From Streptococcus sp. (lineage in GTDB: Bacteria > Bacillota > Bacilli > Lactobacillales > Streptococcaceae), in NCBI GenBank assembly GCA_046994005.1, contig JBKXCY010000001.1, forward strand, positions 1-44,485: 44,485 nt of DNA. The letters run 5' to 3'. Shown here in pieces: positions 21,366 to 33,894 of the stretch. A program made the translations under genes and the position numbers. The stretch's first letter is position 1; each line of letters opens with the position of its first letter. The notes beneath the pieces were generated by a model, which was not told the origin of the DNA, did no database searches, and was given only the letters and a program-made list of their open reading frames with translations.

Positions 21366-21884
21366 ATGAAAAAAAGATAATTGGTATTGATTTAGGTGGT
21401 ACTAGTGTAAAAATGGCTCTTGTATCAAAAATAGGCGAGGTATTAGAATTATGGAGTATCCCAACAGATACCAGAAATCAAGGGAAACAAATAATTCCGG
21501 ACATAGTACATTCAATTTTTGAAACTTTAGATAAAAATAATTTAACCACTTCAGACATTCTTGGTATCGGCATGGGAAGTCCTGGACAAATTGATTATCA
21601 ACATGGAACAGTATGTGGTGCTTATAATCTTGGATGGGATGAAATTCAAGAGGTTAGAGATCAATTTGAAAAATACTTTAGCCTACCATTTCTAATTGAA
21701 AATGATGCGAATGTTGCTGCCCTTGGAGAGAGGTGGAAAGGTGCAGGCGAATTTCTTTTAACAAATGTAAAAAAAAGAGTTTAATAGGTATGCTTTTCCA
21801 ACAGTTCGTAGGTCGACTGAATTGAAATTGGCTACTCTAGGAAATGTGGCAGGAGTCATTGGAGCAGCTAGTTTATTATTATAA
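21366..21884 (+). pseudogene. ROK-family glucokinase pseudogene (two frameshifts plus internal deletion)
   Basis: MKK-[fs]-IIGIDLGGTSVK...IENDANVAALGERWKGAG fused to EFLL..[fs]..FPTVRRSTELKLATLGNVAGVIGAASL*. Confidence 0.85.
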
Positions 21885-21998
21885 TTAAAAAAACTATTAA
21901 TTTTTTATAGAAGACATTGTTATCTATTATTATAAATGAGTAATAGACGAAAAAGTTTATAGAGAAAGGATTCGAGATTGATTATCTCGGATCTTTTT

Positions 21999-22116
21999 TT
22001 GTTTGAAAACAAACAACAGAAAGCGCTGTAAAAAACTTAAAAACTCATTATTTGTACAAAAAAAGATAAAATCAAACAAAAAATGTTGACTTTTTGTTTG
22101 TAATGGTGTATATTAT
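21999..22116 (+). promoter_or_regulatory. lacA promoter with LacR-type operators
   Basis: TTGTTTG-AAAA-CAAACAA (21999-22016); TTGACT 22086-22091 flanked by AAACA/TGTTT half sites; -10-like TATATT at 22109-22114. Confidence 0.6.
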
Positions 22117-22217
22117 AGGTGTATCTGAAAAGTAACTTAAAATGCTTTGCATCTGAGGTACTTTTTTAACTGATCGAGCAATCGATCAATCATAAATAAT
22201 TTTTTGGAGGCATAGTA

Positions 22218-22643
22218 ATGGCTATTGTAATTGGTGCAGATGCATCTGGAAAACGTTTAAAAGAACTTGTAAAAGACTTTTTAAACACTGAAGGATTTGA
22301 AGTAGTTGATGTAACTGCAGATGGTCAAGATTTTGTTGACGTCACTTTGGCAGTTGCAAAAGAAGTGAATACAGCTGATGACAATTTGGGTATTGTAATC
22401 GATGCTTATGGAGCTGGTCCATTCATGGTTGCTACTAAGATCAAAGGAATGGTTGCTGCTGAAGTTTCTGATGAACGTTCTGCATATATGACTCGTGGAC
22501 ACAACAACGCTCGTATGATTACTATGGGTGCTGAAATCGTTGGGGATGAATTAGCTAAAAACATCGTTAAAGGTTTCGTAAATGGTAAATACGATGGTGG
22601 TCGTCACCAAATTCGTGTAGATATGCTTAATAAAATGTGCTAG
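22218..22643 (+). CDS. lacA: Galactose-6-phosphate isomerase subunit A
   Basis: [18 protein letters not shown] and [15 protein letters not shown] motifs. Confidence 0.96.
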   Translation: MAIVIGADASGKRLKELVKDFLNTEGFEVVDVTADGQDFVDVTLAVAKEVNTADDNLGIVIDAYGAGPFMVATKIKGMVAAEVSDERSAYMTRGHNNARMITMGAEIVGDELAKNIVKGFVNGKYDGGRHQIRVDMLNKMC

Positions 22644-22661
22644 GAAAGAGGAAAGAAAAAA

Positions 22662-23177
22662 ATGAAAATTGCAATTGGTTGTGACCATATCGTTACAAAT
22701 GAAAAAATGGCTGTTTCTGATTTTTTGAAATCAAAAGGATACGAAGTGCTCGACTTTGGGACTTATGACCATACACGTACCCACTATCCAATCTTTGGTA
22801 AAAAAGTTGGTGAAGCTGTAGCAAGTGGCCAAGCAGATCTTGGTGTATGTATCTGCGGTACCGGTGTTGGTATCAACAATGCGGTAAACAAAGTTCCTGG
22901 TATCCGTTCTGCCTTGGTTCGTGATATGACTTCTGCTCTTTACGCTAAAGAACAATTGAATGCGAACGTTATTGGATTTGGTGGTAAAATCACTGGTGAA
23001 TTGTTGATGTGCGATATCATCGAAGCATTCATTCATGCTGAATACAAACCAACTGAAGAAAACAAAAAATTGATTGCAAAAATCCAACACGTTGAAACCC
23101 ATAATGCTCACCAAGCAGATGCCAACTTCTTTACTGAGTTTCTTGAAAAATGGGATCGCGGTGAATATCACGACTAA
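22662..23177 (+). CDS. lacB: Galactose-6-phosphate isomerase subunit B
   Basis: [15 protein letters not shown] and CGTGVG motifs. Confidence 0.96.
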   Translation: MKIAIGCDHIVTNEKMAVSDFLKSKGYEVLDFGTYDHTRTHYPIFGKKVGEAVASGQADLGVCICGTGVGINNAVNKVPGIRSALVRDMTSALYAKEQLNANVIGFGGKITGELLMCDIIEAFIHAEYKPTEENKKLIAKIQHVETHNAHQADANFFTEFLEKWDRGEYHD

Positions 23178-23187
23178 GGGGTAGAAT

Positions 23188-24117
23188 ATGATTCTAACGG
23201 TAACTTTGAATCCATCTATTGATATTTCTTATCCACTAGAAAAATTGAACTTAGATACCGTCAATCGCGTATCTGAAGTTTCTAAAACAGCTGGTGGGAA
23301 AGGTCTTAATGTTACACGTGTCCTTTCAGAAAGTGGAGATCAAGTAGTAGCGACAGGTTTTGTCGGTGGGACAAATGGTCAATTTTTGAAAGAGCATTTG
23401 CCAGCAGGAGTTCAGGCAGCATTCTTTGATATCGATGGTGATACACGGAATTGTATCGCGATTCTACATGAAGGAAATCAGACAGAAATCCTGGAAGCAG
23501 GACCTGAAATTAGTAACTCTGAGTCAGAAGGATTCTTAAGCCATTTTGAAGGATTGATGAAAGATTCAAATGTTATTGCTATTTCTGGTAGTCTCCCAGC
23601 TGGCCTGTCTACAGATTACTATGCAAAACTGATTGAAATCTCACAAAAGCATCAACGCAAGGTTGTACTAGATTCGTCTGGAAAATCTCTAGAAGCAGTT
23701 TTGAAATCTAGTTTCAAGCCAACTGTTATCAAACCAAATAATGAAGAACTTTCTCAACTTTTGGGTAAAGAAGTAACAGAAGATCTTTCAGATTTGAAAG
23801 AAGTATTAACAGATCCATTGTTTGATGGCATTGAATGGATTATCGTCTCACTTGGAGGAGATGGGGCATTTGCTAAGCATCAAAACACCTTCTACAAAGT
23901 GGATATTCCTAAAATTGAAATAGTCAATCCGGTTGGTTCTGGAGATTCTACTGTTGCAGGAATTTCATCAGCTCTCAATAGTCAAAAAAATGACGAAGAA
24001 TTGTTGAAACACGCAATGGTATTGGGAATGCTCAATGCACAAGAAAAAATGACTGGCCATGTGAATATGGACAACTACGAACAACTATATAAAGAAATTA
24101 AAGTAAAAGAGGTATAA
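23188..24117 (+). CDS. lacC: Tagatose-6-phosphate kinase
   Basis: [17 protein letters not shown] and NPVGSGDS PfkB motifs. Confidence 0.95.
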   Translation: MILTVTLNPSIDISYPLEKLNLDTVNRVSEVSKTAGGKGLNVTRVLSESGDQVVATGFVGGTNGQFLKEHLPAGVQAAFFDIDGDTRNCIAILHEGNQTEILEAGPEISNSESEGFLSHFEGLMKDSNVIAISGSLPAGLSTDYYAKLIEISQKHQRKVVLDSSGKSLEAVLKSSFKPTVIKPNNEELSQLLGKEVTEDLSDLKEVLTDPLFDGIEWIIVSLGGDGAFAKHQNTFYKVDIPKIEIVNPVGSGDSTVAGISSALNSQKNDEELLKHAMVLGMLNAQEKMTGHVNMDNYEQLYKEIKVKEV

Positions 24118-24119
24118 AA

Positions 24120-25100
24120 ATGGCACTTACAGCACAAAAACGTAAATCATTAGAAAAACTTTCAGACGAAAATGGAATCATCTCAGCTTTGGCATTCGAC
24201 CAACGTGGTGCCTTGAAACGTTTGATGGGTCAATACCAAGACGCTGAACCAACTGTAGCTCAAATGGAAGAATTGAAAGTTCTTGTAGCAGATGAATTGA
24301 CAAAATATGCTTCATCTATGCTTCTTGACCCTGAATATGGACTTCCTGCTACTAAAGCTTTGGACAAAAATGCTGGACTCCTTCTTGCATATGAAAAAAC
24401 AGGATACGATACTTCAAGCACAAAACGTTTGCCTGACTGTTTGGATGTATGGTCTGCAAAACGTATCAAAGAACAAGGTGCAGATGCCGTTAAATTCTTG
24501 CTTTACTATGATGTAGATAGTGCAGATGAATTGAACCAACAAAAACAAGCTTACATCGAACGCGTAGGTTCTGAATGTGTGGCTGAAGATATCCCATTCT
24601 TCTTGGAAATCTTGGCTTACGATGAAAAGAATGCTGACACAGGTTCTGTTGAATTTGCTAAAGAAAAACCTCGTAAAGTTATTGAAGCAATGAAAGTATT
24701 CTCAAACCCACGCTTCAATATCGATGTATTGAAAGTTGAAGTTCCAGTAAACATGAAATATGTTGAAGGATTTGCTGAAGGTGAAGTGGTTTACAGCCGT
24801 GAAGAAGCTGCTGCTTACTTCAAAGCACAAGACGAAGCTACAAACCTTCCATACATCTACTTGAGTGCTGGTGTATCAGCTAAATTGTTCCAAGAAACTC
24901 TTGAATTTGCTCACAATTCAGGTGCAAACTTCAACGGTGTACTTTGTGGACGTGCAACTTGGGCTGGATCTGTTCAATCTTATGTTGAAAAAGGTGAAGA
25001 AGCAGCTCGCGAATGGTTGCGTACAACAGGATTCCAAAACATTGATGAATTGAACCAAGTTCTTCAACAAACTGCTACTTCTTGGAAAGAAAGAGTTTAA
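24120..25100 (+). CDS. lacD: Tagatose-1,6-bisphosphate aldolase
   Basis: [24 protein letters not shown] and LCGRATW motifs. Confidence 0.96.
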   Translation: MALTAQKRKSLEKLSDENGIISALAFDQRGALKRLMGQYQDAEPTVAQMEELKVLVADELTKYASSMLLDPEYGLPATKALDKNAGLLLAYEKTGYDTSSTKRLPDCLDVWSAKRIKEQGADAVKFLLYYDVDSADELNQQKQAYIERVGSECVAEDIPFFLEILAYDEKNADTGSVEFAKEKPRKVIEAMKVFSNPRFNIDVLKVEVPVNMKYVEGFAEGEVVYSREEAAAYFKAQDEATNLPYIYLSAGVSAKLFQETLEFAHNSGANFNGVLCGRATWAGSVQSYVEKGEEAAREWLRTTGFQNIDELNQVLQQTATSWKERV

Positions 25101-25196
25101 TCACTGTTATTTAATGTGAAATTTCAACGATTTAACCTCCTAAGGCATTTTAAAATGTTATATTAAATTTTGTTCTTTGTTGAAATTGTTAAATAG

Positions 25197-25246
25197 AAGA
25201 CCATCGGTAGACTTTCATAACTTGAAAGTTTTCGATGGCTTTTTTG
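25197..25246 (+). terminator. Terminator after lacABCD
   Basis: CCATCG...ACTTTCA/TGAAAGT...CGATGG stem followed by a T-tract. Confidence 0.6.
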
Positions 25247-25440
25247 TCAGAATAAAATGGAAAAATTGTTCAAAGTTAGGTTGTTATTGAGATGATCTTT
25301 GAGATATAAGTATATAATAGAGTTGTCTTTCCTCCTCTAATTAAAGACATTGGAGGAAAGGGGAGTCGCATCAGTAGTTTTATTTTTATGATGTCATCTG
25401 TGATTCACATAGTTTAACTGTAAGGATACAAACACTAGTT

Positions 25441-25524
25441 TTGTTTAAAGCAAACAAAAAAATAACAAAAATAGCAAAAAAATAATCAGAAAGGGTTTAC
25501 AAAATCAATTATAAGTGTTATAAT
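25441..25524 (+). promoter_or_regulatory. lacT promoter with LacR-type operator and cre-like site
   Basis: TTGTTTA-AAG-CAAACAA 25441-25457; AGAAAGGGTTTACA 25488-25501 overlapping -35 TTTACA; TG-TATAAT 25519-25524 with 17-bp spacing. Confidence 0.65.
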
Positions 25525-25546
25525 GAAAACATAGTTTGAATAGGGT

Positions 25547-25635
25547 GGATCGTAACTGAGTAATATTAGGCGAGACTGCAAATGAATTCGGGGGTAGTAT
25601 TATTCTGTTTTCCCTGCTCGTTTGTGGTCTTTTTA
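25547..25635 (+). promoter_or_regulatory. RAT (ribonucleic antiterminator) overlapping a leader terminator
   Basis: GGATCGTAACTG...TAGGCGAGAC matches the BglG/LacT RAT pattern and overlaps the GAGACTGCAAATGA...TCGTTTGTGGTCTTTTT hairpin. Confidence 0.8.
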
Positions 25636-25701
25636 TATTTGTTTATGACGTTATGATGATCTTACTTTTGGTCATGATACTGGGAGAAAGGAGGAGTTAC
25701 A

Positions 25702-26535
25702 GTGTTTCGGATTGTAAGCCCGATTAATAACAATATTGCTTTAGTAAGGGATGAAAATCAAAGAGAGTTAATCGTTACTGGTAAAGGTATTGTCTTTCAA
25801 AAGAAAAAAGGAGACATTATTGTAACTAGTTTAGTTGACAAGGTATTCCATTTGAAGACGGAAGAATCAAAAGAAAACTTTTTGGCTCTCTTAAAAGATG
25901 TTCCTCTTGATTTTATTACAGTGACATATGATGCTATTGATAAATTAACACTGAAATACAATTATCCTGTACAGGATTATCTGTATGTAACTTTAACTGA
26001 TCACATTTATTGTGCTTACCAGTCTATTCAAACAGGTAACTACCAAAGTAGTAAGTTGCCAGATGTTTCAAATGAGTATCCAATTGAATATCAAATTGGT
26101 GAAGAAGCTCTTTCCATTTTCAAATCAAAATTATTTGATGGTTTTCCTGAGGACGAACTTGGAAGAATTGCTATTCATTTTATAAATGCTAAGAGAGAAG
26201 GGGAAGTGACTCCATCATTTCAGATTAGTCGAACGAAGCATATTCTTGAATTAGTTAAGCAGGAATTGTCTCGAGACAATATTGAACGAACTCCACAGAA
26301 TAGTAATTTCTATGATCGTTTCATGGTTCATCTAAGTTATTTTTTGGATTATATTGATCGATCTAGGAAAGATAATACGTCCTTGCTGGGAATGGAAGAA
26401 CATCTAGAGGTTTCGTATCCTAAGGCTTTTGAAATAGGAAACAGAATCTATAATGTCATTGCAAGAGAAACAGGAGTGGATTTATTCCACAGTGAACGAA
26501 TATATATCGTTCTTCATATTCAACGTCTCTTGTAA
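25702..26535 (+). CDS. lacT: BglG-family antiterminator LacT
   Basis: INNN..GKGIVFQKKKGD CAT domain; PRD motifs TLTDHI, RIAIHF and LHIQR. Confidence 0.93.
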   Translation: MFRIVSPINNNIALVRDENQRELIVTGKGIVFQKKKGDIIVTSLVDKVFHLKTEESKENFLALLKDVPLDFITVTYDAIDKLTLKYNYPVQDYLYVTLTDHIYCAYQSIQTGNYQSSKLPDVSNEYPIEYQIGEEALSIFKSKLFDGFPEDELGRIAIHFINAKREGEVTPSFQISRTKHILELVKQELSRDNIERTPQNSNFYDRFMVHLSYFLDYIDRSRKDNTSLLGMEEHLEVSYPKAFEIGNRIYNVIARETGVDLFHSERIYIVLHIQRLL

Positions 26536-26581
26536 AAAATTAATTTGCTCTATATCATTAAAATTATAAGGAGGAACTATT

Positions 26582-26899
26582 ATGAATAGAGAAGAAGTCC
26601 AATTACTTGGCTTTGAAATTGTCGCTTATGCTGGTGATGCTCGTTCTAAACTACTTGAAGCATTAAAAGCTGCTGAAGCTAGCGATTTTGCTAAAGCAGA
26701 AGCCCTTGTTGAAGAAGCAGCAGGTTGCATTGCGGAAGCTCACAAAGCGCAAACATCTATGCTTGCTCAAGAAGCTGCGGGGGAAGAAATTCCATACAGC
26801 ATCACAATGATGCACGGACAGGATCACTTGATGACAACCATCTTGTTAAAAGATGTGGTTCATCATCTTATTGAATTATACAAACGGGGAGCTAAATAA
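26582..26899 (+). CDS. lacF: PTS lactose EIIA
   Basis: AGDARS and HGQDHLMTT motifs. Confidence 0.95.
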   Translation: MNREEVQLLGFEIVAYAGDARSKLLEALKAAEASDFAKAEALVEEAAGCIAEAHKAQTSMLAQEAAGEEIPYSITMMHGQDHLMTTILLKDVVHHLIELYKRGAK

Positions 26900-26901
26900 T
26901 A

Positions 26902-28602
26902 ATGAACAAACTCATTGAGCTTATTGAAAAAGGAAAACCATTCTTTGAAAAGATTTCTCGTAATAAATATTTGCGAGCGATTCGTGATGGTTTCATTGCA
27001 GGGATGCCTGTAATCTTATTCTCATCTATCTTCATCCTAATTGCGTATGTACCAAACGCTTGGGGATTCCACTGGTCTAAAGATATTGAAACATTCTTGA
27101 TGACTCCATATAACTATTCTATGGGCATCTTGGCCTTCTTCGTTGGTGGTACAACGGCTAAGGCTTTAACTGATTCAATGAACCGCGACCTTCCAGCAAC
27201 CAACCAAATCAACTTCATTTCTACAATGTTGGCTTCTATGGTTGGCTTCTTGCTCATGGCTGCTGAACCTGCTAAAGAAGGTGGATTCTTAACAGCCTTC
27301 ATGGGTACAAAAGGTCTGTTGACAGCCTTCATTGCAGCCTTTGTTACAGTTAATGTTTATAAGGTCTGTGTGAAAAATAATGTGACGATTCGCATGCCAG
27401 ACGAGGTTCCACCGAATATTTCACAAGTTTTTAAAGACTTGATTCCATTTACAGTTTCAATTGTTCTCTTGTATGCATTTGAATTGATTGTTAAAGGTGC
27501 TATCGGTGTAACAGTTGCGGAATCTATCGGAACACTTCTAGCTCCATTGTTCTCTGCAGCAGATGGATATCTTGGAATTACCCTTATTTTTGGTGCTTAT
27601 GCCTTCTTCTGGTTTGTAGGTATCCATGGTCCTTCAATCGTAGAACCAGCGATTGCGGCGATCACATATGCAAATATCGATAACAACTTGCACTTGCTTC
27701 AAGCTGGACAACACGCAGATAAAGTCATCACTTCTGGGACTCAAATGTTTATCGTTACCATGGGTGGTACTGGTGCAACCTTGATTGTTCCATTCCTCTT
27801 CATGTGGTTGTGTAAGTCTGAACGAAACCGTGCGATTGGACGTGCATCTGTTGTTCCTACATTCTTCGGTGTAAACGAACCAATTCTCTTCGGGGCTCCA
27901 ATTGTATTGAATCCAACCTTCTTCATTCCATTTATCTTTGCGCCAATCGCAAACGTCTGGATCTTCAAATTCTTTGTTGATACCTTAGGAATGAACTCCT
28001 TCTCAGCCAACCTTCCATGGGTAACACCTGGTCCTCTCGGAATTGTCCTTGGTACAAACTTCCAAGTTCTTTCCTTCATCCTTGCTGCACTTCTTGTTGT
28101 AGTAGACGTGATCATTTACTACCCATTCGTTAAAGTTTACGATGAACAAATTCTTGAAGAAGAACGTTCAGGTAAATCAAACGATAGCTTGAAAGAAAAA
28201 GTTGCTGCAAACTTTAACACTGCAAAAGCAAATGCTATTCTTGAAAAAGCTGGTGTTGAAGGTGAACCAGTTCAAAACAATATCACAAAAGAAACAAACG
28301 TATTGGTTCTCTGTGCCGGTGGTGGAACTAGTGGACTTCTTGCCAACGCTTTGAATAAAGCTGCTGCAGAATACAATGTTCCTGTGAAGGCTGCTGCTGG
28401 TGGTTACGGTGCTCACCGTGAAATGTTGCCAGAATTTGACCTTGTTATTCTTGCTCCTCAAGTAGCTTCAAACTATGAAGATATGAAGGCTGAGACAGAT
28501 AAACTTGGAATCAAATTGGCTAAAACTGAAGGAGCTCAATACATCAAGTTGACTCGTGATGGTAAAGGCGCTCTTGCATTCGTTCAAGAACAATTTCAAT
28601 AA
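26902..28602 (+). CDS. lacE: PTS lactose EIICB
   Basis: [35 protein letters not shown]. Confidence 0.96.
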   Translation: MNKLIELIEKGKPFFEKISRNKYLRAIRDGFIAGMPVILFSSIFILIAYVPNAWGFHWSKDIETFLMTPYNYSMGILAFFVGGTTAKALTDSMNRDLPATNQINFISTMLASMVGFLLMAAEPAKEGGFLTAFMGTKGLLTAFIAAFVTVNVYKVCVKNNVTIRMPDEVPPNISQVFKDLIPFTVSIVLLYAFELIVKGAIGVTVAESIGTLLAPLFSAADGYLGITLIFGAYAFFWFVGIHGPSIVEPAIAAITYANIDNNLHLLQAGQHADKVITSGTQMFIVTMGGTGATLIVPFLFMWLCKSERNRAIGRASVVPTFFGVNEPILFGAPIVLNPTFFIPFIFAPIANVWIFKFFVDTLGMNSFSANLPWVTPGPLGIVLGTNFQVLSFILAALLVVVDVIIYYPFVKVYDEQILEEERSGKSNDSLKEKVAANFNTAKANAILEKAGVEGEPVQNNITKETNVLVLCAGGGTSGLLANALNKAAAEYNVPVKAAAGGYGAHREMLPEFDLVILAPQVASNYEDMKAETDKLGIKLAKTEGAQYIKLTRDGKGALAFVQEQFQ

Positions 28603-28653
28603 TAAATAGATTTACTGTTGATTGAAGTGAGATGGAGAAGGATTGCTCACTGA

Positions 28654-30111
<1,458 letters not shown>

Positions 30112-30255
30112 CCTCACTTGAACGTATCCTATTTTGTTATCAAATACTCTAGAAAAGGTCAAAGATTTTCATAAAATGGTCTTTGAAAAAGTCTGTATCG
30201 TTTGTTTCGATGTAGATTTTTTCCCTTTTCAATAACAAAAAGAAAGGAATTGATT

Positions 30256-31140
30256 GTGACGATTGAATTAAAAAATGATTACTTAACTGTCCAATTCCAA
30301 GAAGTCGGAGGAGCCCTTTCTTCCATTAAGGATAAAGACGGGGTTGAATACCTCTGGCAAGGGGATGCAACTTATTGGAGTGGCCAAGCGCCAGTCTTAT
30401 TCCCGAATTGCGGAAGTGTTCGTGACGATAAGGCCTTATTTGGTCAAAAAGTGGGTCAGCTTCCAAGACATGGATTGGTCCGTAAAAAAACATTCCAGGC
30501 TCATCCTGTAAACGATCATCAAGTGAAGTTTACGATTGAAGATACTCCAGAGATGTTTGAGCAATATCCTTATCATTTTAAGTTGAGTATTTTGTATACT
30601 TTGAAAGAAAAATCAATTGTAACAGAATACATTGTTGAAAATCTTTCAGATGAAGTGATGCCTTACTTTATCGGTGGTCACCCTGGTTTCAATTGCCCTC
30701 TTCTTGCGGATGAAGCTTATGAAGATTATTATTTGGAATTTGAAAATGAGGAAACTTGTACAGTTCCAAAACAATTTCCTGATACAGGGCTTTTAGATGT
30801 ACAAGATCGTACGCCGTTCTTGCAAGGTCAAAAAACACTTGATTTGGACTTCAAGATTTTTGAAAAAGATTCGGTAACGCTTGATCAATTGTCCTCAAGA
30901 AGTATCCGTTTGAAATCGAAAAAGCATGATAAGGGAATTCAGTTGCAATTTAAGGATTTCCCTCATCTGATCCTATGGTCTACAACCAATAAAGGTCCAT
31001 TCATAGCTTTGGAACCTTGGAGTGGTCTATCTACCTCTTTAGAGGAATCTGACCAGTTTGATCAAAAACGGGATGTATCATTTGTTGAACCAAAGCATTC
31101 TGATCAAAAGAGCTTTGTCATTGAAGTGCTAGGAATTTAG
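30256..31140 (+). CDS. lacX: Aldose 1-epimerase family protein LacX
   Basis: EYLWQGD..WSGQAPVLFP, RHG, GGHPGFNCP and IALEPW motifs; GTG start after AAAGGA. Confidence 0.9.
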   Translation: MTIELKNDYLTVQFQEVGGALSSIKDKDGVEYLWQGDATYWSGQAPVLFPNCGSVRDDKALFGQKVGQLPRHGLVRKKTFQAHPVNDHQVKFTIEDTPEMFEQYPYHFKLSILYTLKEKSIVTEYIVENLSDEVMPYFIGGHPGFNCPLLADEAYEDYYLEFENEETCTVPKQFPDTGLLDVQDRTPFLQGQKTLDLDFKIFEKDSVTLDQLSSRSIRLKSKKHDKGIQLQFKDFPHLILWSTTNKGPFIALEPWSGLSTSLEESDQFDQKRDVSFVEPKHSDQKSFVIEVLGI

Positions 31141-31272
31141 CCTCTATTATTCTTGTATATTAGCGATAGTCCAAGATCTCCCTCCTTTAAAATAATATTC
31201 TATTGAGACAATTTTTGACTTGGACTATCGTTGATTGTAGATGATAGCGATGGAAAGTTTAATTGAAAACAG

Positions 31273-31325
31273 AAGAGCAAGACTGAATGAATGTTATTTG
31301 AGATTCATTTAGTCTTGCTTTTTTA
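31273..31325 (+). terminator. Terminator after lac operon
   Basis: AGCAAGACTGAATGAAT...ATTCATTTAGTCTTGCT followed by a T-tract. Confidence 0.7.
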
Positions 31326-31350
31326 TATGGGTGAATCAAGCTGAAACTGA

Positions 31351-31521
31351 CTCGAAAGTGCTAAAAATACGATTTTATTAGTCGATCAAACAAAATTCAT
31401 TCACACTGGATTTTATAAAATTAACCAACTGTCGGCCTACAAAACGATTATTTCAGATGCTGCCCCGGATCCTAAAATGTTAGTTGCGGCAGAGGATTGT
31501 GGGACAGAATGGATTTACTAA
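31351..31521 (+). pseudogene. C-terminal fragment of a DeoR/GlpR-family regulator
   Basis: Translates LESAKNTILLVDQTKFIHTGFYKINQLSAYKTIISDAAPD...WIY*, matching the DeoR C-terminal LVD..KF / IITD pattern; no start. Confidence 0.7.
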
Positions 31522-31717
31522 GAGTAAAAATTCAAATTGAATGATAAAAGGGAGATTGGCTCAGTAATTAATTTAATAAAAAAGTTCTGTCAGTTTCATT
31601 AAACGAATTTAATGACATAAGGTCTTCTATCAGTAAATGGCCATTATTAATCTTTCGTTTTCAAAATATTCATGTATTGTCTAAATGATTTCCTTACTAT
31701 CTTTAATTTATATAGTT

Positions 31718-31895
31718 TATGCAAGACTTAATTTAAGATTCTTAAAGTCTTGTTATCCGTCAAAATATTGATTTTAAGCGATTTTGCATTCGATAAAATC
31801 AACAATTTATAGATGTATTACATTATATTGGACAGTAAATGGACAGTGACAGAGTGTTTGAAGGAGAAAAAGAGGCCTAAGGGTCTCTTTTATGT
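31718..31895 (+). repeat. att-like repeat copy 2
   Basis: Same TATGCAA core, palindrome, TGGACAGT repeats and hairpin; near-identical to copy 3. Confidence 0.9.
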
Positions 31896-32095
31896 TAATT
31901 ACTTTTATTATTATAAATAATAATAAATCAATTTCAGAAATTATTAAACGTAATTTAGTAAGAGTTGATAGAATGAATCTTTCTAAACTTCTAAAAATTA
32001 GTTTGAGTACATTACATAACTTTTTATTTGATTATCATTTTATTGAATTATATTTTGATATAATTAATGAAATAAGATAATAAAAGGTAGAAAAT

Positions 32096-33478
32096 ATGCA
32101 GAAGATAAAAGAGAATACTGCTTTTGAAAAAATTCCTGAGATTTCAAAAAAAATAGAAGAAGTGAAAATCACCTCTTTCTATATGTTGAGCACAGATTTA
32201 TATAAGATAGACAACAATAAACTAATAGAGATAATTACTAAAAAATTTGAAAATCATCCGGCTACGATTATGACACTAATAGGTACAAAAAATAATACTC
32301 TTTTAAAAAAGAAATATAAGCCATGGAAAATTCCCAAAGAGTTGCAACATTTAAAAAACAAAGTGGATGAGAAAACTAATTATTATTTAGACTTATATTT
32401 TGCAAGATTAGAAAAAGGAAAACAAAATTGTCTTTTTAGTTCTAAATCTAATCAATTTGTTAAATTTATTTTTGCTCCTTTAATAGAAGTGGATAGTGAG
32501 GAAGAATTACATTTTTTCTTTGTGACACTCACTGTTTTTCAAAACGGATCAATAGTCATAGAATTATTTGAAGATTTAAGATCATCATTCTATAGATTTG
32601 ACTTTTTTCATCCGATTACAATGATGAGATGGCAAATATTTCCTGATTTTGAAAAGAGTGATAGAGAGTATTCTTTAAATACTAAACATCAACTTGATGA
32701 TATATTGAAGTATATAAAAAAAGAACTTTCCTCCATAAACGGAGGATTGAAGTTAACTGAGAGTATATTTTATTTACATTTTGTTACAAATATGAAGCAG
32801 ATGAATAAAATGGATTTTTTTAAAAATAAAAAACTGTATACATGGATGATAAATGCTCCCTATAGTGTTAACAATGTATCTTCAGAAATTAAATCAAAAA
32901 ACTATTTAACCAACTATTATAATTTAGGTAGCATTAATTATATAAATAAAGGAGCAAATTATATAGTATGGAGTGAGGATGATTCTGACAAATTTGAATC
33001 AAATTTTTTAAGACAAGCCAGTTTCTTTTTATCTTCAGCCACTCCATTCTTTCAGTTAGTGTGTCTAGATGAGACTATTATGGATGGGCTGGAAAAATTC
33101 CAACTTTCAAATGATAAACAACTAATAAAATTTAACGAGTGGGTTCACGGTTATAAACGATCTTTTCTATATATCTATCGAATAAATCATATTGCTATTT
33201 TTGATTTATTTAATCATTTAAAAGAAAGTTCTTATTTCAAGCATGATGAATATATAGAAAAAATTAAGCAGGAGGAATACGATTTGTTAAAGGATAGAAA
33301 TCAATTTAATGAGTCACAGAAGAATAGAGTTATGGAAATTATACTTTTCTTCGTTAGTTTGGTCTCTGTTTTACAAGTTGTAGATATATTTACTAAAAGT
33401 AAAATAATATTATTGATGAGTGCTCTACTTACTATAATTTTGTCGGTTAGTATGCTTATTTACAGAAACCGTAAATGA
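32096..33478 (+). CDS. Hypothetical protein with two C-terminal TM helices
   Basis: 460-aa very AT-rich ORF with AAAGG RBS; soluble body, then MEIILFFVSLVSVLQVV and IILLMSALLTIILSVSMLIY, basic tail. Confidence 0.75.
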   Translation: MQKIKENTAFEKIPEISKKIEEVKITSFYMLSTDLYKIDNNKLIEIITKKFENHPATIMTLIGTKNNTLLKKKYKPWKIPKELQHLKNKVDEKTNYYLDLYFARLEKGKQNCLFSSKSNQFVKFIFAPLIEVDSEEELHFFFVTLTVFQNGSIVIELFEDLRSSFYRFDFFHPITMMRWQIFPDFEKSDREYSLNTKHQLDDILKYIKKELSSINGGLKLTESIFYLHFVTNMKQMNKMDFFKNKKLYTWMINAPYSVNNVSSEIKSKNYLTNYYNLGSINYINKGANYIVWSEDDSDKFESNFLRQASFFLSSATPFFQLVCLDETIMDGLEKFQLSNDKQLIKFNEWVHGYKRSFLYIYRINHIAIFDLFNHLKESSYFKHDEYIEKIKQEEYDLLKDRNQFNESQKNRVMEIILFFVSLVSVLQVVDIFTKSKIILLMSALLTIILSVSMLIYRNRK

Positions 33479-33894
33479 TATTTAAAATTTGATAAAATAA
33501 ATGTAAATGGCATCCGAACAGATGATTTGTATAACTGTTCAGATGCTTTTCAATTTCTATCAATATTTTTTTCGAATATGACATATTGTACTTGATTATG
33601 AATTCTGCCTTATTCTTGAAATTTATCAGGAAAAAATAACATCAATAAATGAATTAAGATACCAACCAAATATAAAATCACACTGATATCATCTTGCGAA
33701 CTAGATCCTTCGAAGAATTCTTATTTATACCAAATCGAATTTCATTTTATTGGGAGATATAGATTTCTAAAATGGAACATCGACTAACATTTATATAAAA
33801 TTTGTATCTTTCTGAACATATATTTGAATTTTTAATTTAAACATATTACAATTAATATTGAAGTCAAAATCAATTAGAAAAGGAATATCCAAAC

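Noticed and set aside
22018..22031. cre-like AGAAAGCGCTGTAA upstream of lacA
   Set aside because: Right half deviates from the cre consensus; too weak to call.
31892..32080. 62-aa ORF after att copy 2
   Set aside because: Starts inside the repeat's hairpin tail, extremely AT-rich, no RBS; likely promoter DNA.
33600..33750. Minus-strand hydrophobic stretch as the Phr peptide of the Tpr-like regulator
   Set aside because: The frame (..DISVILYLVGILIHLLMLFFPDKFQE*) has no start or RBS and an upstream stop; at best a membrane-gene remnant.
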